Both the position numbers and the translations under genes were made by a program. DNA of 12,362 nucleotides from an uncultured Deinococcales bacterium (lineage in GTDB: Bacteria; Deinococcota; Deinococci; Deinococcales; JAAFIG01), in contig CAXTTL010000143.1 of NCBI GenBank assembly GCA_964247135.1, forward strand, positions 1 through 12,362. The letters run 5' to 3'. Below, piece by piece: positions 1 through 7,973 of this stretch. The notes under the pieces were generated by a model. The model was not told the DNA's origin. It made no database searches and was given only the letters and a program-made list of their open reading frames with translations. Position 1 is the first letter of the stretch. The number at the start of each line of letters is the position of its first letter.

Positions 1-1493
1 TGCTCGCGGTTGAAGGTCGTGCGGTACAACTCGAGCAATCCGAGGGCGTAAAAGGCGTAATCCTCGAGCATCCCGTCGATTTTGGAAATTCCGTTTTTAT
101 GGGTGTGCAGCAGGCGTTCATTTTTGAACAATTCGCGTTTGACAAACGAAACGTTGTCCTCAGCAACCATCAAATAGTCTGCCCGTTCAGTATTGACGAC
201 TCGGGCGGCAAGGGCAAAGGCTCTCAACATCAAGCCATTCCATGATGTCAAGATTTTGTCGTCTAAACTTGGTTTGACGCGTTTTTCACGGACTTCAAAA
301 AGTTTTTGGCGACTCCAAGCCAGTGCCTTGCTGACCTCGCTCGGCTCGAGGTCGAGTTGTGAGGCAATCATTTCATTGGACATTGCCCGAGTCAGCACGT
401 TACGGTGCTCCCAATTGCCGTGTTCGGTCACGCCGTAAGCCAGTTCAAACAACCTCGAGTCATCGCCCAGAACGCTGCGAATTTCGGCTTGACTCCAGAC
501 GAAGAACTTGCCTTCGACGCCTTCAGAGTCGGCATCTTGGGCGCTGTAAAATCCGCCGCTCGGGTCGGTCATTTCGCAGATCACATACCACAGCGTTTCT
601 TCGGCGATGCGAGAATACTCGAGATTATTTGTGATTTGAAAACCGTGAAGGTATGCCACAATCAGTTGCGCGTTGTCGTAGAGCATCTTTTCAAAATGTG
701 GCACCAGCCAGCGTTCGTCGGTGCTGTAACGCGCAAAACCGCCGCCGATCTGGTCGTACATCCCGCCCTTCGCCATGCCGTTTAAGCTGACCCTCAGCAT
801 CTCGAGGGCATTCGGGTCTTTGGTGCGGCGATGGTATTGCGCCAGAAACTCGAGCGTGCCAGGGTTGGGAAATTTGGGCGCACTGCCAAAACCGCCGTAT
901 TGGGGGTCAAAGTTTCCGCGCATGGTTTCAAAGGCTTGCTCGAGCACGGCAACGTTGATTTCTGGCGCGGGTTTGATGCGCTCGAGCTTTTGCATATGGC
1001 TGGTCAGGTCGTTGGCATTTTGCGTTATGTCGTCTCGGCGGTTTTTCCAGGTGTCAGACAGGCTTTGCAGTACCCTCGGAAAGCCTGGGCGACCGTAGCG
1101 GTCTTCGGGCGGGAAATAGGTACCGCCGTAAAATGGTTTGCCGTCAGAGGTCATGAACACGGTCATGGGCCAGCCGCCCTGTCCGGTCATGACTTGCACG
1201 GCATTCATGTAAACGCTGTCCACGTCTGGGCGCTCTTCGCGGTCAACCTTGATGCAGACAAAATGCTGGTTCATCAGCGCGGCGATGCTCGGGTTTTCAA
1301 AACTTTCGCGTTCCATGACATGACACCAGTGACAGGCGCTGTAACCTACAGACAGCAAAATCGGCACGTCTCGGGTTCTGGCGCTCTCAAATGCCGCCGT
1401 CCCCCAGGGCAACCAGTGGACTGGATTGTAGGCGTGCTGCAATAAATACGGGCTGGTTTCGTGGATCAGGGCATTGGCAGGGTGGTCGCTCAC
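1..1493 (-). CDS. Thioredoxin domain-containing protein, YyaL/SPATA20 (DUF255 + alpha/alpha-barrel) family; 3' end runs off the window
   Basis: Manual minus-strand translation from GTG at 1493: [31 protein letters not shown]...[21 protein letters not shown]...[12 protein letters not shown]...[10 protein letters not shown]...GGTYFPP, later [29 protein letters not shown] and [17 protein letters not shown]. These are hallmark YyaL motifs. The 5' and 3' ends were checked to be in the same frame. It is absent from the ORF track because no stop lies in the window. Confidence 0.95.
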   Translation of the reverse strand, partial: MSDHPANALIHETSPYLLQHAYNPVHWLPWGTAAFESARTRDVPILLSVGYSACHWCHVMERESFENPSIAALMNQHFVCIKVDREERPDVDSVYMNAVQVMTGQGGWPMTVFMTSDGKPFYGGTYFPPEDRYGRPGFPRVLQSLSDTWKNRRDDITQNANDLTSHMQKLERIKPAPEINVAVLEQAFETMRGNFDPQYGGFGSAPKFPNPGTLEFLAQYHRRTKDPNALEMLRVSLNGMAKGGMYDQIGGGFARYSTDERWLVPHFEKMLYDNAQLIVAYLHGFQITNNLEYSRIAEETLWYVICEMTDPSGGFYSAQDADSEGVEGKFFVWSQAEIRSVLGDDSRLFELAYGVTEHGNWEHRNVLTRAMSNEMIASQLDLEPSEVSKALAWSRQKLFEVREKRVKPSLDDKILTSWNGLMLRAFALAARVVNTERADYLMVAEDNVSFVKRELFKNERLLHTHKNGISKIDGMLEDYAFYALGLLELYRTTFNRE

Positions 1494-1499
1494 ACTTTA

Positions 1500-1505
1500 A
1501 GGCTA
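1500..1505 (-). promoter_or_regulatory. -10 box (TAGCCT) 6 nt upstream of the yyaL-like GTG; probable leaderless promoter
   Basis: Minus strand reads ggTAGCCTtaaagtGTG with no Shine-Dalgarno. TANNNT adjacent to the start codon is typical of Deinococcus-Thermus leaderless genes. Confidence 0.6.
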
Positions 1506-1601
1506 CCTGTTTTTGCGAGTGTAATTTGTGCGCTGGCTTGCTCGGGTTTTGCACAGAAAATGACCTGCGCAATATCTTGCCCCAATTAATCTCGAATTTA
1601 T

Positions 1602-1610
1602 TGCTAGAAT
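1602..1610 (+). promoter_or_regulatory. Extended -10 (TGcTAGAAT) 7 nt upstream of ATG 1618; probable leaderless promoter
   Basis: Sequence reads tTGcTAGAATaaattcaATG with no SD. Confidence 0.65.
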
Positions 1611-1617
1611 AAATTCA

Positions 1618-2214
1618 ATGTTACCTCTCGAGCGTTTTCACCATGCGGTTAGCACTTTTCTGGCTTCGGGGGACGCAGCCTTCAGCCGCCAGGCGCTGCT
1701 CGCCACGCTCGATATCGAAGCCATGACCGTGGCTTGCAAAGCGCTGGCAAGTTTGCTCCCGACGGGTGAAAATTTGCTGCTTTTGGGCATCAACGAACCA
1801 GTGCTGTGCTTGACCATCGCCAATGCGCTCAAATGTCCTTTTGTCATGGTTGGCGATTTGGACTTGATCAGTTTTGACGATGGCGAAATTCCAGAATTTG
1901 CGGCTCGAGACGATCTGTTGCAACTGGCATTTCATGAGCGCACCTTGGCGGTGGCAAAAACCGCGATTCCAAAAGGCTCGAATGTGATTGTTTTCGACGA
2001 ATTCCTCGAGCTTGGCACCGAATCGCTGGCGTTGGTGCATTTGGCGGCAAAGGCTGGGGCAAAGGTCTTGGCGGTGGCGGCATTGACCGAAAAAACCCAT
2101 TTGGGAGCGCGTTCCAGGTTGCAAGTTCAGAATGTGGGCGTGATCTCCTTGGTGCAAATTGCCAAGTCTGGCGATCAGTTGATTCTCGAGCAGCGTTCCA
2201 ACGAGCATTTTTAG
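1618..2214 (+). CDS. Type I phosphoribosyltransferase-fold protein (Xpt/Apt/PurR-like), divergent active site
   Basis: 198 aa. IPKGSNVIVFDEFLELGTESLALVHLAAKAGAKVLAVAALTEK aligns by eye with the Xpt-type VLIIDDFLANG...GA.V.G....EK region. IANALKCPFVMV matches the A..L.VP.V segment. Confidence 0.7.
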   Translation: MLPLERFHHAVSTFLASGDAAFSRQALLATLDIEAMTVACKALASLLPTGENLLLLGINEPVLCLTIANALKCPFVMVGDLDLISFDDGEIPEFAARDDLLQLAFHERTLAVAKTAIPKGSNVIVFDEFLELGTESLALVHLAAKAGAKVLAVAALTEKTHLGARSRLQVQNVGVISLVQIAKSGDQLILEQRSNEHF

Positions 2215-2351
2215 CCGATCAAACGGTTGTCCAAACCAGTGTTTTGCCGTTTTTGATGCGATTTTCTCTGCCGTGCCAAGTTTGAACAAGGTTTTTCTCA
2301 GAAGGCGTTAACATTGGGTTAAAGTGTCATTTAGCCTAAAGGTTTTCTGAA

Positions 2352-2381
2352 TTGCATTGGGAAGTGTGTTTGCTTTAGTCT
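2352..2381 (+). promoter_or_regulatory. Candidate sigma70-type promoter of the four-gene operon
   Basis: TTGCAT (2352-2357), 18 nt spacer, TAGTCT (2376-2381) in an AT-rich intergenic region. SD GAGGTG lies at 2448-2453 before ATG 2462. Confidence 0.35.
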
Positions 2382-2461
2382 AACCTTTGGTGATTGCTTT
2401 TGGGATTGTAAGTTTTTTGAATCGTTTCTCGAGTTAGGGTCTTTAGTGAGGTGAGTGAAAG

Positions 2462-3481
2462 ATGGCAAATGAACAAAAAGCATTCGAGATCAGCAAAGGG
2501 GCGTTGCTGCTGCCGCCATTGCCAATCGATGCGCCGATCTTCAAAGGTCTCTCCAGCGCCCTGATTCGCTGGGACATGCTCGAGTCCGACATTTCCTCGA
2601 GGGCAAATTTCAGCGGTTTTGCGCTGGTCGAATCACCACTTCTGACGGCTCGAGCCTATTTTCTGGACTCGAAATTCGTTGGCGCTTTTGCGTTCGGCGA
2701 GGGCAAGCAAGCCAAACCGCTGACCCGCGAAACGCTGATCTCGAGTTACAGCACCCGCGACACCAATATCAGTTTGTACACCCTGGACCGCTATATCGTC
2801 GCCATGCTCTCCAACGCCAGCACCTGGATTCTCGAGTTGGAACGCACCGTGCCTCAGGCTTCATTTAACGCCCTGTTCTCGCAACTTGGGGCGCAACGCC
2901 ACACGGGGCAATTGGTGGTGCTCGATTTTGATTGGCGCGGCGTGATCACCATGATGGAGGGGCAACCGATCCTGACCAGTTACGAATCGGGCACGGTCAC
3001 GCTTTATCAACACGAGGCGCTGACCCGAATTGCGATTGAAGCCGAAGACGCAGGCGTCCAACTTGGGGTTTACGGCAAGGGTGAATTTGCCTTGCTCGAT
3101 CAGAACGCCATTCTCAACGAAGGCAGTTTTGAGGAAGTCGTGCAGACCTGGGCGGAAATCCTCTCCTTCTGCGAGGCTCGCACCGATGCGGCTCGAGGGA
3201 AAATGACCTTTGACACCCACTGGCGAGCCGCCAGTTTGTCGCTGGTTGAACGTTATCCCGAACTTGACCCGTTCTTAGATGAGGTCAAATTTGCCGGCAG
3301 TAAGTTATCGATGAAACGCCCAAGTCCAAGCGCTTTTGAAGCCTTGATCGCCGCCTATTTGGAAACCATGAAACGCTTGGGGGTCAATCCTGGCGCGTTG
3401 TACCCACTGCTGATGCAAATTCGTGACAAGCACCTCAAAATTTGGCGGGCTGCGGGTCTCGAGGTGATCTGCCCATTTTAA
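2462..3481 (+). CDS. Hypothetical protein with two DUF4388/PATAN-like repeats and a helical C-terminal domain
   Basis: 339 aa with a good SD. Two segments show the helix-(S/T)G-beta-beta-G pattern of DUF4388: ISSRANFSGFALVES...RAYFLDSKFVGA and LFSQLGAQRHTGQLVV...GVITMMEGQPILTSY. The C-terminus contains W...YPELDPF. Family call is by eye. Confidence 0.6.
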   Translation: MANEQKAFEISKGALLLPPLPIDAPIFKGLSSALIRWDMLESDISSRANFSGFALVESPLLTARAYFLDSKFVGAFAFGEGKQAKPLTRETLISSYSTRDTNISLYTLDRYIVAMLSNASTWILELERTVPQASFNALFSQLGAQRHTGQLVVLDFDWRGVITMMEGQPILTSYESGTVTLYQHEALTRIAIEAEDAGVQLGVYGKGEFALLDQNAILNEGSFEEVVQTWAEILSFCEARTDAARGKMTFDTHWRAASLSLVERYPELDPFLDEVKFAGSKLSMKRPSPSAFEALIAAYLETMKRLGVNPGALYPLLMQIRDKHLKIWRAAGLEVICPF

Positions 3482-3572
3482 AGTTTATTGCCATCCATTT
3501 TGGACTTGAAACGTTCCAGACTCAAGCCTCTTTCATTGTTTTAAGCAGCTCGTTGTGGTTTTGGGAGTTCGC

Positions 3573-4409
3573 ATGAACGGTCTTCAGGGATCGCTAGGAA
3601 AAGAGCAGTTGTTCAGCCTGCTCTCCTATTTAAAACTGACCACCTCGACGGGTCGGCTCGAGGTGATTTACGGTTCGGAAACCGCCGCCATTTACGTTCA
3701 AAACGGTGAGGTGGTCCATGCCGAATCGGGCGTCTTGCAGGGCGAGTATGCGGTCAAACGCATTTCGGGCTGGGCTGGGGGAAGGTTTCAATTCCATTCT
3801 GGCGAAATCAGCCCAAAATCGAGCATCAGCGACACGCTCGAGGGGCTGGCGTTGTCCGTTGCGGTGGCGATAGACGAAAAGCGCTCCAACGACGACTTTG
3901 GCATTGACTTGGACCGCGTGGTGCGCCTCGCGTCCAAAAACGCCGGTGAGGTCACCTTGAGCGGCGACGATTTGATGTTGCTGCCAAAACTCGGTGGCAC
4001 CATTTCACTGCGCAGGGCTGGGCTAGAGCTGGGTTGGGCGGAGGCGAGATTGCGCTCTGTGGTGGCTTCGCTCGACGCCCGTCAGATGCTCGAGGCGGTG
4101 AATGTCAATCAGCCAGCGCGAAATGCGACCAATTCGGGGGTCACCAGTTCAGGAGTCAACCAGGGCATTTCGACGATTGACCCGCGTTTCACCGCCGAGT
4201 TACGACAGAGCTATTCCAAAAGCGTTGGACCTGCCGCCGAATATATCTTTGATGATGTCTGCAACGACCTCAAGATTAACCCTGCCAGCTTGCCTGCCGC
4301 ACAATTTTCAGATTTTCTTCGCGCTCTGGCGGGCGCCGTCGATGACAGCAACGCTCGAGACCGTTTTGTTCAAGCCCTGACCGAACTTCGTGCCAAGTAC
4401 CGTATCTAA
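3573..4409 (+). CDS. DUF4388 (PATAN-like) domain protein with central wHTH-like and C-terminal helical domain
   Basis: ATG 3573 follows SD GGGAG (3563-3567) and is preferred over GTG 3555. The N-terminus LQGSL...LFSLLSYL....STGRLEV....AIYVQNGEVVHA....QGEYAV..I.GW.GGRFQF is the canonical DUF4388 pattern. LLPKLGGTISLRRAGLELGWAEARLRSVVASL is HTH-like. The C-terminal ELRQSYSKSVGPAAEYIFDD...FLRALA forms a helical module. Confidence 0.85.
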   Translation: MNGLQGSLGKEQLFSLLSYLKLTTSTGRLEVIYGSETAAIYVQNGEVVHAESGVLQGEYAVKRISGWAGGRFQFHSGEISPKSSISDTLEGLALSVAVAIDEKRSNDDFGIDLDRVVRLASKNAGEVTLSGDDLMLLPKLGGTISLRRAGLELGWAEARLRSVVASLDARQMLEAVNVNQPARNATNSGVTSSGVNQGISTIDPRFTAELRQSYSKSVGPAAEYIFDDVCNDLKINPASLPAAQFSDFLRALAGAVDDSNARDRFVQALTELRAKYRI

Positions 4410-4451
4410 GCTAAAACCTTATTCAGTCCCGCTCGCGCTGGGAGGCAAACC

Positions 4452-6212
4452 GTGGCAAACCCATACAGCATTCATCTGGTCGAACCCTTAAGTCCCGAGG
4501 TGGCACAACGTGTCGCCAATGAAACCGCCTCTCAATTGGGTGGCACACCCGACAAGCTCGCACAACTCCTGACCCGAAATTCAGGCTCGAGAATCGCCAG
4601 GGCTTCGAGCGCCGCCCAGGCGGATCGGGTCGCCGGTATCTTGCGCAAAGCCGGTGTCACGGTGCAGGTGGTCGATCCCGAAGCCATCGAAAATGTCGTC
4701 CCTGAAACTCAAAACCTCGAGCCTGCCGCCACTGGAATTCCTCAGAGCCAAATGGTCTCAATTCCAACAATTTCACCCTCCGATCATCAGGTCAATGTTG
4801 AAGTCAGTGCCGTTCCTGAAACACCAATCAGCCATTATGATGTGAACGCCGGCTCGAGCAGTTCCTCGAGCGGCGGCACACCCATCGTTCCAGATGAAAT
4901 TATTCCAGTCGATGAAGCGCCTTACGTGCCACCCGCGACCACCCAAAACCCTCCATCCATGACTGATCTTTTCCCAGTCATGAACTCTTCGATTGCGCCA
5001 CCAAATGATCCATTTGCCACGGACAGCAAGGACTTGTTCAATCCCGATCCAGTCTCAAATAGCCCGACGCCAGCCAGCGATCCTTTCGCCTCGCCAAGCG
5101 CCGAGTCTTATCAGCAAAATGCCAACAAGCCATTTGCCCCGCCAGCTCGAGGCTTATCAAATGCTCCAGCCAACGATCCGTTTGGGGCACCCGCCAACAA
5201 TCCTTTCGCCGAGCCTGCCCGAAGTGATCCGTTTGCTGCGCCAAAAAATGATCCTTTCGCCGCACCGGCAAACAATCCGTTCGCAGCCTCGAGCGCCCAA
5301 GACCCCTTTGCCCCAGCCGCAGGCATGGTCGGGTCCAACGTAGACACGCCGCCGGCATTTGACCCGTTCGCAGCCTCGCAAGCCCCCGCCGCCGTCAGTG
5401 AATTGCCGGCACAAGCCCTGAAAGCCCAAAATCGTGGGACGCGCCGCACCAGCGTTCGCGCCCAGTTGCTCAGTTCGATTTTGCTGCCGATCTTGCTGGT
5501 CGGTCTGGGCATTGTCTTGTTCTTGGGTTATCAACTCAACATCATTTACCGTGACCAACTGAAAACCCGAGCCATTCAAGCTTCGGCGACGATTGCCGCC
5601 CAACAAGAACCCCTTTTTGCCAGGCTGCCAGACCCAGCCGCGTTAAAGACCATCAACGACGGTTCGCAAGCCTTTTTCAAATTGATTCCAGAAGCCGAAT
5701 TGACCTTTTTTGAAAGCGGCGATCCGAAGCTGGTCACCATGACGCAACTCTCAACCCAGACCAGGACCCCGCTGTCGCCCGAAATCAAACAAGAGATTTC
5801 ACAAAAAATGAATGTGATTCAAGGTGGCTCGGGTGCTTTCAATGTGGCTGGAGTGGATTACATTGGCGCGATTACCACCATGAAAACACCCGATGGTCAA
5901 ACGCTTGGCGATATTCACGTGGCGTTCAACACCGCCCAAATTGCCACCAACGTTTTCAACGCCATCGTCCCTTTGCTGCTGGCTCTTTTGATCGTGACCT
6001 TGTTTGCGATTGTGCTCGCCAACACCCTCGCCAGTCGTCTGGTACGTCCGATCACCGCCGCCGCCGATCAAGCCAACCGCATCAGCCTGGGCGATCTTGA
6101 TCGCATCGTCGAAATTCAGACCAACGACGAAATTGGTGATTTGCTCGGCTCGCTCGAGCGAATGCGTGTTTCACTCAAATCAGTGATCGGACGACTTCGC
6201 CGTGACCGTTAA
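4452..6212 (+). CDS. Membrane HAMP-domain protein: small N-terminal alpha/beta domain, Pro-rich DPF-repeat linker, TM-extracytoplasmic sensor-TM-HAMP, no output domain
   Basis: GTG with SD GGAGG (4441-4445). TM1 about 5466-5531, TM2 about 5961-6032. HAMP: LVRPITAAADQANRISLGDLDRIVEIQTNDEIGDLLGSLERMRVSL, with a stop about 10 residues later. Confidence 0.88.
   Translation: MANPYSIHLVEPLSPEVAQRVANETASQLGGTPDKLAQLLTRNSGSRIARASSAAQADRVAGILRKAGVTVQVVDPEAIENVVPETQNLEPAATGIPQSQMVSIPTISPSDHQVNVEVSAVPETPISHYDVNAGSSSSSSGGTPIVPDEIIPVDEAPYVPPATTQNPPSMTDLFPVMNSSIAPPNDPFATDSKDLFNPDPVSNSPTPASDPFASPSAESYQQNANKPFAPPARGLSNAPANDPFGAPANNPFAEPARSDPFAAPKNDPFAAPANNPFAASSAQDPFAPAAGMVGSNVDTPPAFDPFAASQAPAAVSELPAQALKAQNRGTRRTSVRAQLLSSILLPILLVGLGIVLFLGYQLNIIYRDQLKTRAIQASATIAAQQEPLFARLPDPAALKTINDGSQAFFKLIPEAELTFFESGDPKLVTMTQLSTQTRTPLSPEIKQEISQKMNVIQGGSGAFNVAGVDYIGAITTMKTPDGQTLGDIHVAFNTAQIATNVFNAIVPLLLALLIVTLFAIVLANTLASRLVRPITAAADQANRISLGDLDRIVEIQTNDEIGDLLGSLERMRVSLKSVIGRLRRDR
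5007..5372 (+). repeat. Degenerate coding repeat: ten xPF(A/G) motifs, core 8-9 aa tandem unit at 5166-5288
   Basis: Core reads PANDPFGA/PANNPFAE/PARSDPFAA/PKNDPFAA/PANNPFAA. The total is 7 DPF, 2 NPF and 1 KPF. Synonymous codons differ between units. Confidence 0.85.
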
Positions 6213-7752
6213 ACCCAGTATCCTCAAACGTTACGGCTCGAGCTTGTTGTTGATATTGGTACTGGCAGGCGTGGCGTTGGCTGACCCAAGCGGTTCAGCC
6301 ACCGGCGGCATCAAAGACGTTCCCGCCGAAGTTGCGGGGCAACCCAGCATCAACGAGATTGCGCAAAGTGTCGGTCAATCCCGTGTTGCCCTGAATATTC
6401 TCTGGACCATGATCGCCGGTTTTATGGTCATGTTCATGCAGGCAGGGTTTAGCTTGGTCGAAATGGGTTTCGTTCGTACCAAAAATGCCGCTAACACGGC
6501 TTTAAGCGTGCTTTTAACGTATGGCATCGGTGTTTTAGGGTTTTTTGCAGTGGGTTTTGGTTTGCAAATGGGCGGTTCTGCGGGATTGTATCCGCAAATT
6601 GGTGGTACTGAAAATTTAAATCGCCTCATTGGCGTTGTGATCGATGGCAACACCTGGGGTTTTTTGGGTGGCAGAGGCTTTGGTTTGGCAGGTAATAGCT
6701 ACGATATTTCAACTTTTACCCTGTTCTTCTTTCAAAGCGTCTTTCTTGCCGCCGCCTTGGCGATTCCCACCGGCGCACTCGCCGAACGTATCAAAACCAG
6801 CGCTTTGGTGATTTATGCCATTGTCGGCAGCGTGTTGATTTACCCAGTGTTTGCCAATTGGGCTTGGGGGGGCGGCTGGCTGGCAACCCTCGGCGTCAAC
6901 CTGGGACTCGGACACGGTTACGTCGATTTTGCGGGTTCTGGCGTGGTTCACTTAACCGGCGGCGTGATGGCGGTCATGGGCATTTTGGTGCTTGGACCGC
7001 GCATCGGCAAATACGGACGAGACGGCAGTATTCGCAGTTTCAAAGCCCATAATTTGCCCTTGGGCATATTGGGTACTTTTATTTTGGCTTTTGGCTGGTT
7101 TGGTTTTAACGCCGGTTCGACGCTGGCAGCCACCGACGTGCGATTTGCCGTGGTTGCCGTTTCAGCCATGCTCTCGAGCACCGCCGGCATGGTGACCGCC
7201 TTGGCAATCACTTGGGCATCGAGCGGTAAAGTCGATGTCGGAGCCATTTGCAACGGAATGCTGGCTGGACTTGCCGCCAACACGGCTTGCGGCGCATTTA
7301 TTGGTGCGCCCGCCTCTGTGGTGGTCGGCGCGGTCGCCGCAATTGTTTACGTCTTCGGCGCTCAATTTATCGAAACCCGACTGAAACTCGATGATCCCGT
7401 CGGCGCCGTTGCCGTGCACGGCTTGGCAGGCTTGTGGGGTGTTATCAGCGTCGGGATTTTTTCGGATGGCACCTATGGCAACGGCATTAACGGCGTCACC
7501 GGTGGCGTCACCGGCATGTTGTACGGCGATTACAATCAAATGCTCGCGCAATTGATTGGGGTGGTTGCCAATCTATTGTGGGTTGGTCTGACCAGTTTCG
7601 CCTTGTTTCGTCTGATTGATGCCGTTATTGGAATACGCGTGAAACCAAATTTTGAAATCGAAGGTTTGGACTATACAGAATTGCTCGCGCCCGCTTACGA
7701 AACTGCCGACGAAGCGACCGAAGAGCCACTGGCGCTGCCTTGGTCAAATTGA
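6202..7752 (+). CDS. amt: Ammonium transporter (Amt/Mep family) with N-terminal signal peptide
   Basis: Motifs FMQAGF..VE.G..R.KNA, FFQSVF, GALAER, W.WGGGWL, DFAGSGVVHLTGG, GWFGFNAGS, DDPVGAVAVHG and IRV....EIEGLD are present. The twin His, Phe gate and W/S recruitment-site residues are retained. The GTG start overlaps the upstream gene end by 11 nt. Confidence 0.96.
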   Translation: MTVKPSILKRYGSSLLLILVLAGVALADPSGSATGGIKDVPAEVAGQPSINEIAQSVGQSRVALNILWTMIAGFMVMFMQAGFSLVEMGFVRTKNAANTALSVLLTYGIGVLGFFAVGFGLQMGGSAGLYPQIGGTENLNRLIGVVIDGNTWGFLGGRGFGLAGNSYDISTFTLFFFQSVFLAAALAIPTGALAERIKTSALVIYAIVGSVLIYPVFANWAWGGGWLATLGVNLGLGHGYVDFAGSGVVHLTGGVMAVMGILVLGPRIGKYGRDGSIRSFKAHNLPLGILGTFILAFGWFGFNAGSTLAATDVRFAVVAVSAMLSSTAGMVTALAITWASSGKVDVGAICNGMLAGLAANTACGAFIGAPASVVVGAVAAIVYVFGAQFIETRLKLDDPVGAVAVHGLAGLWGVISVGIFSDGTYGNGINGVTGGVTGMLYGDYNQMLAQLIGVVANLLWVGLTSFALFRLIDAVIGIRVKPNFEIEGLDYTELLAPAYETADEATEEPLALPWSN

Positions 7753-7780
7753 AAATAGTCTAAAATAAGAGTTTTTGATG

Positions 7781-7815
7781 CTGACGCGAAACCATTTCGT
7801 GTCAGTTTTTATTTT
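7781..7815 (+). terminator. Intrinsic terminator after amt
   Basis: CTGACGCGAAA-cca-TTTCGTGTCAG (10-11 bp stem, one G-U pair) followed by TTTTTATTTT, 28 nt after the amt stop. Confidence 0.8.
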
Positions 7816-7885
7816 GTTTTCATTTCTAAAAAGTTCAATGGTACAAACCTCAAAAATGACATGTTTTTTTGTAAAGTAACATTGG

Positions 7886-7973
7886 TTCGGGTTAAAACCA
7901 TTTACAGAAGTGTGCAGTTTAAAGCTGTCTTTGACAATGATTTTGAGAAAACGTTGATCCATTTTAACCCGAA
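7886..7973. repeat. Perfect 12-bp inverted repeat, 64-nt spacer
   Basis: TTCGGGTTAAAA (7886-7897) and TTTTAACCCGAA (7962-7973). Confidence 0.7.

Noticed and set aside
193-1445. Plus-strand ORFs 193-438, 359-634, 405-785, 775-1098 and 831-1445
   Set aside because: Antisense shadows of the minus-strand YyaL-family gene, which carries all the recognisable motifs.
2218-2257. Possible terminator after the PRT gene (AAACGG...CCGTTT)
   Set aside because: The short stem with a loop of about 20 nt is too weak to call.
1621-2289. 222-aa minus-strand ORF
   Set aside because: Antisense to the PRT-fold gene, which has the promoter and family motifs. It has no recognisable features.
5166-5288. Approximately 24-nt periodic repeat as CRISPR or VNTR
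   Set aside because: Units are in-frame and degenerate at synonymous positions with no unique spacers, so this is a protein-level repeat.
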